DNA from: a virus
Lineage: Duplodnaviria > Caudoviricetes
Reading direction: 5' to 3' (one strand)
Virus record (IMG/VR): IMGVR_UViG_3300042564_002908
Coordinates: 1 to 24,470 of that record
DNA length: 24,470 bases
The notes below the pieces were generated by a model that searched no databases, was not told where the DNA came from, and worked only from the letters and a program-made list of their open reading frames with translations. The position numbers and the translations under genes were made by a program. This document shows, piece after piece, positions 16,801 to 24,470 of this stretch; the first letter of the stretch is position 1; every line of letters starts with the position of its first letter.

Positions 16801-17275
16801 TAACGCCTTTGGCGTGCTCGTGTGCGACAACAACACCAGCAACAGCCGGTGGATCTACGACGACCGCAGCACGTTCTTCGAGTTCGGGAATTACCTGAGC
16901 ATGACGGCCAAAACCGCATGGATTCAGCCCGGCGGCTCGCAGGACTACGCGCGTTTTCGCAACTGCCAATTTCTCGGACGGTCCAAGGCGGACCACTACC
17001 TCGCCATCAACGTCTACACCGACTTCGACGAGGCCACCGTCCGCGCAACCGGCTCATGGTCCCCGACGCAGCTTGCCCCGTCGCCGGGCAGCTCATGGCC
17101 TGAGCAGGTCAGGCTCCAAGTGGGCAGCCAAAAAACGCAGGCGGTCAAAATTACGATCAGCGACACCGATCCCCTCGTGGTATCCACCGGCGAAGGCCCC
17201 CAGCTTGTCGGCCTCGCCATCGAGGTGCTCCCGCTCGGTGGCACCAAGCGACTACCAGCAGCGCGCAAGCAGTAG
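13898..17275 (+). CDS. Tail nozzle / head-stabilisation protein (P22 gp10 / T7 gp12-like), 1125 aa
   Basis: N-terminal DFGGGID...LTNGRLDTPGSVRKRYG. Beta-propeller-like repeats (YRNRLLVGG..SVYYS, DKLILFTESSI, IGCTFPASVV, VLVYNYAVNQWS). Confidence 0.8.
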   Translation: MAEASKPGEGAIVRADFGGGIDQSLDAWRVPPSQLSDLTNGRLDTPGSVRKRYGYQTTTPPLNDAGAPIAALALRDQTVVLDAARDNAIDDGASGSSASARILNECGYVARQYAPSSTNDWVTVGAVSDVIGDVTSYDAGAANFDDAWDIAATENFVFVARITRAKQVTGATGTAVTLTVSQYDAQTRALIDSASTTVSGRVYPKILAFQSVSTLVISVAFPDRTFGGFPGAVTPATVDLYTCTYTATGLGSLVNGYSSAGALDCDWWELTAFRYTTAERYRPLCPYDIASDGVNLFLAVYSSRTTTYRLQRWTVTAGSLALSAQANTAKIGALAVVAVSLELFGNRLYLGGVALSVNLAAALPWQPTAGVLQMHVITTTGLALVSSGSTAIALVQAGACPVVGTVTVAQTLENLSLGYDEAAVFAELIQIDQTAPENVLARYVHHFSIRTDTGFAVQDQYMSAATPTARAFRLTYFAKVAQTNRLPVRLPLGLGSSYSTWQGRDTSNVLQTEKFANYPGDIGTMVLTGPNDHRTTLASSPAQTLIPRLLPTAPPRPFYRGNRWHIPHRFAVDGSGGFAFAIVTLEPRAPGDALGTAYGASLQTAGGLVQTIDGKQAAETAIVDRPYIGSVGQNGGGVQVDFQDGDYLLQAVLAYRDAQGNVHRSAPSDPCRVTVSGAQDTWTIYHSGASYLNRDDATIEFYVTEPDGTILRRWTSVPTANLPGISATTIRDAGTLAATSLGLPDLDAPTIYTTGGVLPFVPVASARFAVNYRNRLLVGGADDPRSVYYSNAPVANQAPSFAVGNVIRMEHDGGCTAAGTLNDKLILFTESSIHATYGQFRDETGAGSALSDPESIHDFIGCTFPASVVSIPPGLLFFGSDSRFYLIGERLDLQPIGLPVQDITSGQYPYDAVIAAVHIAEEHEVRFYVQTSTLGAKQVLVYNYAVNQWSRDVLRTREDGTWTAATSSNAFGVLVCDNNTSNSRWIYDDRSTFFEFGNYLSMTAKTAWIQPGGSQDYARFRNCQFLGRSKADHYLAINVYTDFDEATVRATGSWSPTQLAPSPGSSWPEQVRLQVGSQKTQAVKITISDTDPLVVSTGEGPQLVGLAIEVLPLGGTKRLPAARKQ

Positions 17276-17283
17276 GGCACCCC

Positions 17284-17961
17284 ATGGCAAGCATCGGCGA
17301 AGACATCGGCAATTTCTTCGGCAACGTCGGCAAAGCCACCACCGAGGCCTTCACTGGCCGCGACGTGCCGACCACCCGCGTGACCGGCGTCGGCAACATC
17401 GGCGAAGACCCCGAGGCCGTTGCGGCAGAGTACCAGCGCCGCATCCGGCAAATGTACGGGCAGCAGCAGCGCGCCGAAGAACGCTTCACCCAAGGGCAGC
17501 AAGAGCAACGCATCCTCGGCGCGATGGCCGGCACCCAGGCCGCGAGCCAAGCCGCGCGCACGCAGGCGATGCAGAGCGCGCAGCAGACCCTTGGCGCGGC
17601 TTCCAGCGTCGGAGGCATCGCAGGTGTACAGACGGCCGCACTAGGTGCTCTTGGTGCCGGGCAGGCCCAGCAATACGGCCTTCAAGAGGCCGCGCAGGTG
17701 CAGGCCCAAGAGCAGCAGCGTAACGCCCTCGCCGCCGCGCAAATGGCGGAGCTCTTGCGCCAGCAGCAAATGGCCCAATACGGCCTCGAGCGCGCCGACT
17801 TCGCCCAGGCCCTCGGAGCGCAGCGCGCCACGCTCGCGCCAGAGCTCGAGATCGGCCAAGCCTACGCCCAAGCCGAGGCGCAGCGGCAGCAACGCCTGTT
17901 CGGCGCCGCGACGGGCGCCGCCGCCGCCGGCGTGCCCTACCTCATCCCGAGCAAGACCTAA
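17284..17961 (+). CDS. Putative DNA ejection/pilot protein 1 (Gln/Ala-rich)
   Basis: Follows the nozzle; helical Q/A-rich composition with hydrophobic Gly/Ala C-terminus. Confidence 0.65.
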   Translation: MASIGEDIGNFFGNVGKATTEAFTGRDVPTTRVTGVGNIGEDPEAVAAEYQRRIRQMYGQQQRAEERFTQGQQEQRILGAMAGTQAASQAARTQAMQSAQQTLGAASSVGGIAGVQTAALGALGAGQAQQYGLQEAAQVQAQEQQRNALAAAQMAELLRQQQMAQYGLERADFAQALGAQRATLAPELEIGQAYAQAEAQRQQRLFGAATGAAAAGVPYLIPSKT

Positions 17962-18704
17962 TGCCCTACGAGCCCCCGTCCCCGTTCAGCCCCGGCCGCG
18001 AAAACCGCGTAAACCCTACGTCGTGGGCCGAATCCGGCGCACAATACGTCGCGCCAAACGCGCAGGAGCTCGCCCAGCAGCAGGCCGAGCGCGCCTACCG
18101 CACGCCGCAGCAGCAGGAAGAGGAATTTTACCGGCAACAGGTACAAGGCCTCCAAGCATTGCAGCAGGGTGCAGACGCGCGCTTCGCCGCCGCTCGAGCT
18201 CCGCAGGAGGCCGCCGCCGGTGTGCTCGGAGAGCGCGCCGCGACGCTCAGCGGTAGCGCCGCCATGATGGCCGGCCAGCAGGCCGCAGAGGCCGCGCAGG
18301 CTCGAGCCATGGCCGGCCGCATGCCGGAGGGCGCCATCCTTGGCGGGCAGCTCGGCCAAGCCGCCGCCGCGCAAATGGGCGCGCTCGAGCAAGAGGCCGC
18401 CGCGCGTCAAGCCGCGTACCTGCGCAGCGTAGCATCGCTCGGCCAAGGCCTCATGAGCGAAGCCGAAGCGCGCCGCGCCACGGAGCAAGAAATTCTGCGC
18501 GACATGCAAACGCGGTTCCTTGCAGCTCAGCGCCTCGCCGGCGGCCAGCGCGAGCAGCAGGCCCAAGAGAGCGCCGCCGGCCTCGGCCGCATCGGCACCG
18601 TGGGCGGAGCGATCATTGGCGGGCTAGCGGGCATGGCAGGAGGCCCTGCGGGCGTCGCCGCCGGCGCAGCCAAAGGCGCAACCCTTGGCGGAAAGATCGT
18701 CTGA
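17961..18704 (+). CDS. Putative DNA ejection/pilot protein 2 with C-terminal glycine zipper
   Basis: TAATG-coupled; Q/A-rich; ends GTVGGAIIGGLAGMAGGPAGVAAGAAKGATLGG. Confidence 0.68.
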   Translation: MPYEPPSPFSPGRENRVNPTSWAESGAQYVAPNAQELAQQQAERAYRTPQQQEEEFYRQQVQGLQALQQGADARFAAARAPQEAAAGVLGERAATLSGSAAMMAGQQAAEAAQARAMAGRMPEGAILGGQLGQAAAAQMGALEQEAAARQAAYLRSVASLGQGLMSEAEARRATEQEILRDMQTRFLAAQRLAGGQREQQAQESAAGLGRIGTVGGAIIGGLAGMAGGPAGVAAGAAKGATLGGKIV

Positions 18705-20692
18705 TGGCACTGAACATAGGCAGCGTCAACACGCCCGCGCACAGTGAGGACACTTTCGACGCCCGGCGCGTGCTCGGAAGCGTGGTTCCGGCTGCGCCGT
18801 TTGCGCCGGCCGCACTTCCACCAATGCAGTTCGACACGAGCCTGACAAACCCCGCCGTGCTCGGAGCGCGCATGCCGGCACCATCGCCGGGCGCGCTCGA
18901 GCTCGGCAACGTCAGCACGCCGGCGCAGGGCTTCATGGGCGAAGCCGTGCCCGTGCTTGGCGGCCCCGCTGCGGCCCCTGGGAGCCTCACCAAAGCCCCT
19001 TTGAACATGCCGCGTGTTCCGGGCGTGGTCATGCCCGAAACCGACGTGACGGGCCAAGCGCGGCGGCTCACGATGCCCGAAATGAATGTGACCGGCCCCA
19101 CGGCTCCAGGCGTGGCGCCAGCGGAGCCCGCCGGCGCGCTGAACGTCGTTGGGGGCGAGGTTATGCCCGCCGACTTGCGGAAACAGCTCGCGACGCTCGA
19201 AAAACAGCGCGCCAAAATGACGCCGCAGGAGAAGCTCGAGGAGTTCCAGACGGGCGCGCTGAAGCGGCAGGAAACCGCGCTCCGCGAGCAGCTTGAAAGC
19301 ACTAGCGCGCGGTTCGGCGCCAAACTGACCGATCAGGCCAACGTGCTACAAGCCGAGGAAGAAGGCCTGCGAGCCGAAAAAGACCTTGCCACCAAGGAAG
19401 CGGCGGCCGTCGCGGCAGAGTACAAAGCCGCTCAGGAGCGCCTACAGCAACGCAACGACGCCGCCAAAAAGGCCGACGACTCCTATCAGCTCGCGCAAAA
19501 GGAGCTCGACGGCACCAAGATCGACGTGGACAAGGCCTATGGCGGCGCCGCCGGACGCATCTTCGCGGGCCTCGCGGTTGCGCTTGGGTCGTTTGGCGCC
19601 TCGCTCACCGGCGGGCCAAATTACGCCATGCAGATCGTCAACGATCGCATCAACCGCGAGCTCGACGCGCAAAAGACCGAGCTCGAGAAGAAAAAGGGCA
19701 AGGTCACCGAGCTCGGCAGGATGCTCGAGCGCAATGAACGGTTGCTCGGCGACGCTCAGGCCGCGCGCAACCTCACCCTCGCGCAGAGCTACACCGCACT
19801 GCGCAACCAAGCCAAAGCCTCGACGGCGTTCGCCGCCGCCGGCCCCAAGGGTGCGATGGTGCTCGACGACTTGCAGGCCCGCGCCGCCGAATCAATGCAA
19901 GGCGTGCGGAATTCCATTTTCGACGTGCAGACCCGCCGCCAAGGGCTTCCCCTCGAGGCCGACGCCGCACGCTACCAAGCTCGTGTGAAGGCCAACCAAG
20001 CCGCAGCAGCATTGGCAGCGAAGCGCGCCTACGACGAGCAACAGGCAACGATCAAATTTGATCGGGAGCGCGCGCTGCAAACGCAAAAAGAAGAAGCGGA
20101 CCTCACCAGGAGCGCGATGGAGAAGGGCATCGAGTCCGGCGAGCTATCGGCCGCGACGGGCACCGCCGCGCAAACGTCCGCAGCAGCAAACCCCAAGGCC
20201 GTGTCAAAGGCCCTCGACGAGCTCGCCAAGCCCGCCGTTGGCGTAAAGGATTTGCCGGCTCTGATGCAACACCTCGACTCGTTTGAGAACGCGATCAAGG
20301 CCTATGGCTCGGCATCCGAAGCTCCAGGCGCCGGCGTCAACGTAGCAGGCGGGCGAGTCGGCGCGGGGGTCATGGCTTCCACGCCGTCGCTCACGGAACG
20401 GGCGCGAGCGCTTGATCAAGCGCGCACGGCTGCGACACTCAGCTACCGCCACGACTTGACCGGCGCCGCAGGCAGTGCCAGCGAGGACGAAAAAATCGCC
20501 ACGGCCGCCGGCGGGGGCGACCCGGTGCGCAACCAAGCGTGGATTGACGAACAACGCAAACTCGTGGACCAGCGCGTAAACCTCCCGCTTAGCGCCGTTC
20601 CGGTGAACCAGCGCGAGGCCGTGCGCGCAGCGATCTACGCGCGCGCCGGCAGCGCCCCGCCGACGTTTGCCCCATCTAAGGGGCCGAAGTGA
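18704..20692 (+). CDS. Putative ejection protein 3 (Pro-rich N-terminus, coiled coils, central hydrophobic segment)
   Basis: TGATG-coupled; 662 aa; RIFAGLAVALGSFGASLTGG flanked by coiled coils. Confidence 0.65.
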   Translation: MALNIGSVNTPAHSEDTFDARRVLGSVVPAAPFAPAALPPMQFDTSLTNPAVLGARMPAPSPGALELGNVSTPAQGFMGEAVPVLGGPAAAPGSLTKAPLNMPRVPGVVMPETDVTGQARRLTMPEMNVTGPTAPGVAPAEPAGALNVVGGEVMPADLRKQLATLEKQRAKMTPQEKLEEFQTGALKRQETALREQLESTSARFGAKLTDQANVLQAEEEGLRAEKDLATKEAAAVAAEYKAAQERLQQRNDAAKKADDSYQLAQKELDGTKIDVDKAYGGAAGRIFAGLAVALGSFGASLTGGPNYAMQIVNDRINRELDAQKTELEKKKGKVTELGRMLERNERLLGDAQAARNLTLAQSYTALRNQAKASTAFAAAGPKGAMVLDDLQARAAESMQGVRNSIFDVQTRRQGLPLEADAARYQARVKANQAAAALAAKRAYDEQQATIKFDRERALQTQKEEADLTRSAMEKGIESGELSAATGTAAQTSAAANPKAVSKALDELAKPAVGVKDLPALMQHLDSFENAIKAYGSASEAPGAGVNVAGGRVGAGVMASTPSLTERARALDQARTAATLSYRHDLTGAAGSASEDEKIATAAGGGDPVRNQAWIDEQRKLVDQRVNLPLSAVPVNQREAVRAAIYARAGSAPPTFAPSKGPK

Positions 20693-23600
20693 CGGCCTAC
20701 GTTCAAACATCGACGGGCCAGCTCGTCGAAGGCCCGGAAGCCGACCTGGAGGCCTACATTGCAGCCAACCCCGGCGCAAAGCAGGTAACGCCGGACCAAG
20801 CCACAGAAATCGCGCGCGTGAACGCCGTGCGCGAGAGCCAAACGGGCGCCGTGCCGGCCGCCGTGCAAGCGGTCGAAAGCGGCATCCGCGGCGTAGCGTT
20901 CGGCCTGCCCATCGGCGAGGCAATCGAGCGCGCCGGCTCAGGCCTAATCGGCTTCGCCGCGGGCGGAGTCGAAGGCGCCAAGAAGGCCCAAGCCGAGGCC
21001 GCTGAGCGCATCAAGCTCCGCGCCGAGGAAAACAAAGGCATCGACCTTGCCGCCGAGGCCGCAGGCTTTGGCGCGTCCCTCATTGCCAGCGCCGGCACCA
21101 AGAGCCTCGTCGAGGCGCCCGCTCGCGCCGCCGCAGCGGCCGCAGGTCGTGCCGCCGAGGCCGGCGCAGCCAAGACCGCGCTCGGGTTCGGCGCGCGTGC
21201 CGCCGAGGCCGCAGGCGCAAAGGCCATCGGCCTCGCGGAAGGCATCGCCGAAAAGACGGGTAGCGAGCTCGCGCAGCGCGCGGTGCAGACGCGCATCGGT
21301 CAAGCCGTCGCGCGCGGCATCGGCGAAGCATCAGGCCTCGCGGTGACGACCGCCGCGAAGGACGTGACGCTAAACGACCAGCTTTCCGCCGAGTACGTAG
21401 CCTCGCACCTAACGGACGGCTCGCTGTTCCTCGAGGCCGGACAGCGCGCCAAAGAGGCCGTGCTCGTGGGCGCGGGAACGGGCGCGCTGTTCACGGGCCT
21501 AGGTGCCGCAGCGCGCTCTTTGCGCGTGGGCGGCGTGGCCGGTGGAGCTCTTGGCGGCATCGTCGGGGGCGTGGCGGCAGGCCCCGCGGGCGCAGCAGCA
21601 GGCGCCGCCGCGGGCGCGTACGCCGGCCGCCGAGCGAGCCTCATGAGCGAAGAGGTGCGCCGCCTCGCGTCGCTTTCCGCCGGCGAAGCCGAAACGCGCG
21701 CCGCCGCAGAAGCCGCCGCCGCAGCGCAGAAGCCCAAGCCCGGCTCGCCCCTCACGCCGGACGAAATCGCCGCCGCGCGAAACGTGCCGAAGACCATCGA
21801 GGAGCAACAGGCCTACCTCGAGCAACTCCACGCCAACCCGCCGCCGGCAACGGCGAGCCTCGAGGAGCGTGAGGCCTACACCAAGCAGATCGCCGAGGCC
21901 GCGGACAACATCACGAGCGCCAACATGGGCGCCGTGCAAGACCGGTTTGCGGAAATCGAAAAGACCGCCAAAGCCCTGCAAGACCCCGAGAGCCCGCAAG
22001 GACGCATGGTCCGCCAGCAACTCGCGACCGCCAAAGAAGGCAAGGAGCGCGTAGCCGGTTCGATTGTCTCGGACCTCAACGATTTTTTCGAAGCCGTACG
22101 CGCAAGCCAAGTGACGAGCACCGGGAAAAGCAAAGCCGCAACGCTTGAGAGTTTTGCCGAGGTGGACGCCCTCGACGGGGCCGCCGTCAAAGCCGCCTCG
22201 CTTGAGCACCTCACGCAGATCCAAAACGCCCTCGACGAAGCCCTTGAGCACGAGGGCATTTCCGAAGCCAAAGGCGCGATCAACAAACTCTCGCGCCGCC
22301 TCGAGCAAGAGTACGACGCGATCTCAAAAATGGGGAATGAGGCGATCGACGCGGGACGCATGGCTGCGCGCATCGACGATCTCAAACGAGAAATCGGCAA
22401 CTATGCCGTGCGAGGCTTTGGCCGCATGGCAAACGCCGCCGACAAGTTCGCCGAGGAAACTCTAAAAACGCGCGCATACGAACCCATGCGGCAGTTTTTG
22501 CAATCGCCGGAAGTGTTCGGCACGCAAATCGCCGAGGCCCAGCGCATGGGCAACGCCGCGTGGACGCCCTACCTCACCAACTCCAAGCGATTCCAAAAGT
22601 TCACGACCGCCGCCGATCGGGACATCTTCGACCCGTTCAAAGAGCGCACGGTCGCGGAAACCAAGGTGGTGCCGGGATTCGTGCGAGACATTGGCAGCCT
22701 GGAGAACCAGCTTGACGCGCGCATTTTCAAGGAGACCGTTCAGAATGGCGTGACGCTCATGGAGACCATGCGACGGCTCTACAAGCCCGGCGTGCACGCA
22801 GACCGCATCGCCAGCGGCATCGCCTCGGGAAAGCGCATCCTTGCTTCGCTAGAGGAGGCCCAAGGGTTCTACGACGCCGAGAAGGCCGCCGAGCTCTTGC
22901 AAGCCGACAGCGTGGCAAAACTAATCGGTCAAGCAACGGGCACCATTCCGCTCGTCGGCAAACTGGTTGAGCAATTTGCCGACGTGCAGAAGCGCGTGAT
23001 CATGATGCAGGCGACGGAGCGCGTGGTCGCGCGCAGCGAAAGCCGCATGAACGCCGCGGTAGCAAAGTTCCTCGCCGGCGGTGCGCGCCCCGGCCAACTT
23101 GTCGCCGAGGCCGCCGCGCTCAAAGCCATCCCGGCAACGACGCGCGCCGGACGCCCCGTGCCGCCGGAGCCTCGGGCCTCGGCGCAAAAACCCGTGAAGG
23201 CCACGGCACTCGGCGAAGAAGGCGTCAACCAAGCCGAAGCCGTGCGCCAAATGGCGACCGTCATGGCCGCAACCCAAGGCGACAACGCTGCAAAGCTCGT
23301 CGCCGACGCCGTAACGCCCATGGCTTCGCCCAATGACGACCGCCTCGCCGTCACGGCCGCCAATGCCATGGCCCGCGCCCAGGCGTTCCTAGCGCGCAAG
23401 GTGCCGCCAAGCGTTGCCAACGGCGACCCCAACAACGCGCAACCACAATTCGCAGCGCCGCGCCTCACAGACAGCGACCTCGCCAAGTGGAAGACCTACG
23501 TCAAGACCGTGAGCGATCCGCTATCGGTCGCCGACGACCTCGCACAGGGCACAATCTCGCGCGAGCAGGTCGAGACGCTCCGCGTCGTGTTCCCCGCGAT

Positions 23601-23880
23601 CTACACGACAATGCAGACGAAGGTGCTAGAAGGCCTTCGCGCGTCCAAGCGCCCCATCGACTACGATAAGCGCGTGCTGCTTTTCACCTTGTTCGGCACC
23701 GCCATTGACCCGACCCTTACGCCGGCAAACATCGCCGCCGTGCAGCAGACTTTCATGCCGACCCCGAAGGCGCCAAATCCGGCGTTCAAAGCATCGGGGC
23801 CGGGCGGATACGCAGGCAGCTTCGCGGCAGGCTTGCGGCTCCCTCCCGAGACACGTGCCGCGCGCAGAGGCCAGCCATGA
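20689..23880 (+). CDS. Putative large ejection/internal virion protein (1063 aa)
   Basis: GTGA-coupled; Ala/Gly-rich N-terminal third with glycine zipper, helical remainder. Position equivalent to P22 gp16. Confidence 0.68.
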   Translation: MTAYVQTSTGQLVEGPEADLEAYIAANPGAKQVTPDQATEIARVNAVRESQTGAVPAAVQAVESGIRGVAFGLPIGEAIERAGSGLIGFAAGGVEGAKKAQAEAAERIKLRAEENKGIDLAAEAAGFGASLIASAGTKSLVEAPARAAAAAAGRAAEAGAAKTALGFGARAAEAAGAKAIGLAEGIAEKTGSELAQRAVQTRIGQAVARGIGEASGLAVTTAAKDVTLNDQLSAEYVASHLTDGSLFLEAGQRAKEAVLVGAGTGALFTGLGAAARSLRVGGVAGGALGGIVGGVAAGPAGAAAGAAAGAYAGRRASLMSEEVRRLASLSAGEAETRAAAEAAAAAQKPKPGSPLTPDEIAAARNVPKTIEEQQAYLEQLHANPPPATASLEEREAYTKQIAEAADNITSANMGAVQDRFAEIEKTAKALQDPESPQGRMVRQQLATAKEGKERVAGSIVSDLNDFFEAVRASQVTSTGKSKAATLESFAEVDALDGAAVKAASLEHLTQIQNALDEALEHEGISEAKGAINKLSRRLEQEYDAISKMGNEAIDAGRMAARIDDLKREIGNYAVRGFGRMANAADKFAEETLKTRAYEPMRQFLQSPEVFGTQIAEAQRMGNAAWTPYLTNSKRFQKFTTAADRDIFDPFKERTVAETKVVPGFVRDIGSLENQLDARIFKETVQNGVTLMETMRRLYKPGVHADRIASGIASGKRILASLEEAQGFYDAEKAAELLQADSVAKLIGQATGTIPLVGKLVEQFADVQKRVIMMQATERVVARSESRMNAAVAKFLAGGARPGQLVAEAAALKAIPATTRAGRPVPPEPRASAQKPVKATALGEEGVNQAEAVRQMATVMAATQGDNAAKLVADAVTPMASPNDDRLAVTAANAMARAQAFLARKVPPSVANGDPNNAQPQFAAPRLTDSDLAKWKTYVKTVSDPLSVADDLAQGTISREQVETLRVVFPAIYTTMQTKVLEGLRASKRPIDYDKRVLLFTLFGTAIDPTLTPANIAAVQQTFMPTPKAPNPAFKASGPGGYAGSFAAGLRLPPETRAARRGQP

Positions 23881-24260
23881 CCCAACGGATCGGAACCGGC
23901 GCGAACGCCGAAATCACACAGTACGCCGTCACCCTCTCCACGACGCCGAGGCAGCTCGAGACGGGCATCCCCGTAGGCTCGCCCGTGGGCGCGCTCACCT
24001 CGCAGAGCCCCTCGAGCTCCACCGCGCGCAGCCTCGCGACCGGCCCCGTCAATCCCGGCCGATTCTACGTGCAAGGCCTGACGATCGCCAACGCAGACGC
24101 AGCGATCACCGTCTACGTGACGACCGACGCCAGCGGCGTTGCGGCCGCCGCGTTCCCGATCGTGGCCGGCGCATCGCTGCGCCTCGACATGAATCGCGGC
24201 GACGACGTGTTTTTGTTCTCGGCATCCGGCACGCCGACCGTGCGGGTCTTGGGGGTTTGA
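23877..24260 (+). CDS. Small beta-sandwich virion protein (fibre-associated or decoration-like)
   Basis: GAGG SD and ATGA overlap. Pattern LTIAN..ITVYV...FPIVAGASLRL...VFLFSASGTPTVRV. Confidence 0.65.
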   Translation: MTQRIGTGANAEITQYAVTLSTTPRQLETGIPVGSPVGALTSQSPSSSTARSLATGPVNPGRFYVQGLTIANADAAITVYVTTDASGVAAAAFPIVAGASLRLDMNRGDDVFLFSASGTPTVRVLGV

Positions 24261-24261
24261 C

Positions 24262-24470
24262 ATGGGCGCACCAGACATCACACCACCAGCAGGCGGCGGC
24301 GGCGGCGGCGGCGGCATCAGCGGCAGCGGAACCTCAGGCTACGTCGCTCAATTCACCGGAAGCACGGCGATCGGTGACTCCCCCATTCGCGCCAGCGGGA
24401 CAAACGTAGCGATCGACACGTCCGTTTCGGGTAGCTACAAGCTCAGAGTCAACGGCGACACGGACATCAT
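24262..24470 (+). CDS. Tail fibre-like protein, N-terminal fragment (runs off the window)
   Basis: Manual translation MGAPDITPPAGGGGGGGGISGSGTSGYVAQFTGSTAIGDSPIRASGTNVAIDTSVSGSYKLRVNGDTDI matches the GT.gyvakFT...IGDS.I...NV.I...KL.VNG fibre-shaft pattern. Confidence 0.7.
   Translation, partial: MGAPDITPPAGGGGGGGGISGSGTSGYVAQFTGSTAIGDSPIRASGTNVAIDTSVSGSYKLRVNGDTDI
24292..24315 (+). repeat. (GGC)8 trinucleotide repeat encoding a poly-Gly hinge
   Basis: Eight perfect GGC units read directly. Confidence 0.9.

Larger units (their letters stand above)
1..24470 (+). mobile_element. Tailed phage/prophage segment (podovirus-like, P22-type head-tail-ejection gene order)
   Basis: Co-oriented, tightly overlapped genes: helicase, RusA, MTase, TerS, TerL, portal, scaffold, capsid, adaptor, nozzle, ejection proteins, fibre. 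No tape measure, sheath or head protease seen. No host genes, att site or integrase in the window. Confidence 0.95.

Noticed and set aside
1-24470. tRNA, CRISPR array, integrase/att, lysis genes, stop-codon recoding, specific host assignment
   Set aside because: None seen. TGA, TAA and TAG all end genes at sensible junctions. High GC and the ejection apparatus suggest a GC-rich diderm host, but no taxon can be supported from this sequence alone.

Overview
The whole window is part of a GC-rich tailed dsDNA phage or prophage genome, with every credible gene on the + strand and most genes translationally coupled by ATGA/GTGA/TGATG/TAATG overlaps. It opens with a 5'-truncated DnaB-like helicase, an RHH-like protein, a RusA resolvase and several small accessory genes, including two tandem ead/Ea22-like paralogs. 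A single 186-bp non-coding gap is followed by a ParB-fused beta-class DNA methyltransferase. Next is a P22-like podovirus morphogenesis operon: TerS, TerL, portal, scaffold, major capsid, decoration-like protein, adaptor, large nozzle, four ejection-type proteins and the start of a tail fibre. The most unusual items are: (1) a three-gene insert between terS and terL (43-aa membrane peptide, GNAT-like protein, and an ORF overprinted across the GNAT/TerL junction); (2) tandem TonB-box-like repeats in a disordered N-terminus of an ejection protein; (3) duplicated pilot proteins; (4) apparent absence of CTGCAG and GTCGAC; (5) a GATC-rich dyad upstream of the methyltransferase. All functions come from motif recognition and gene order by eye; no database search was run.
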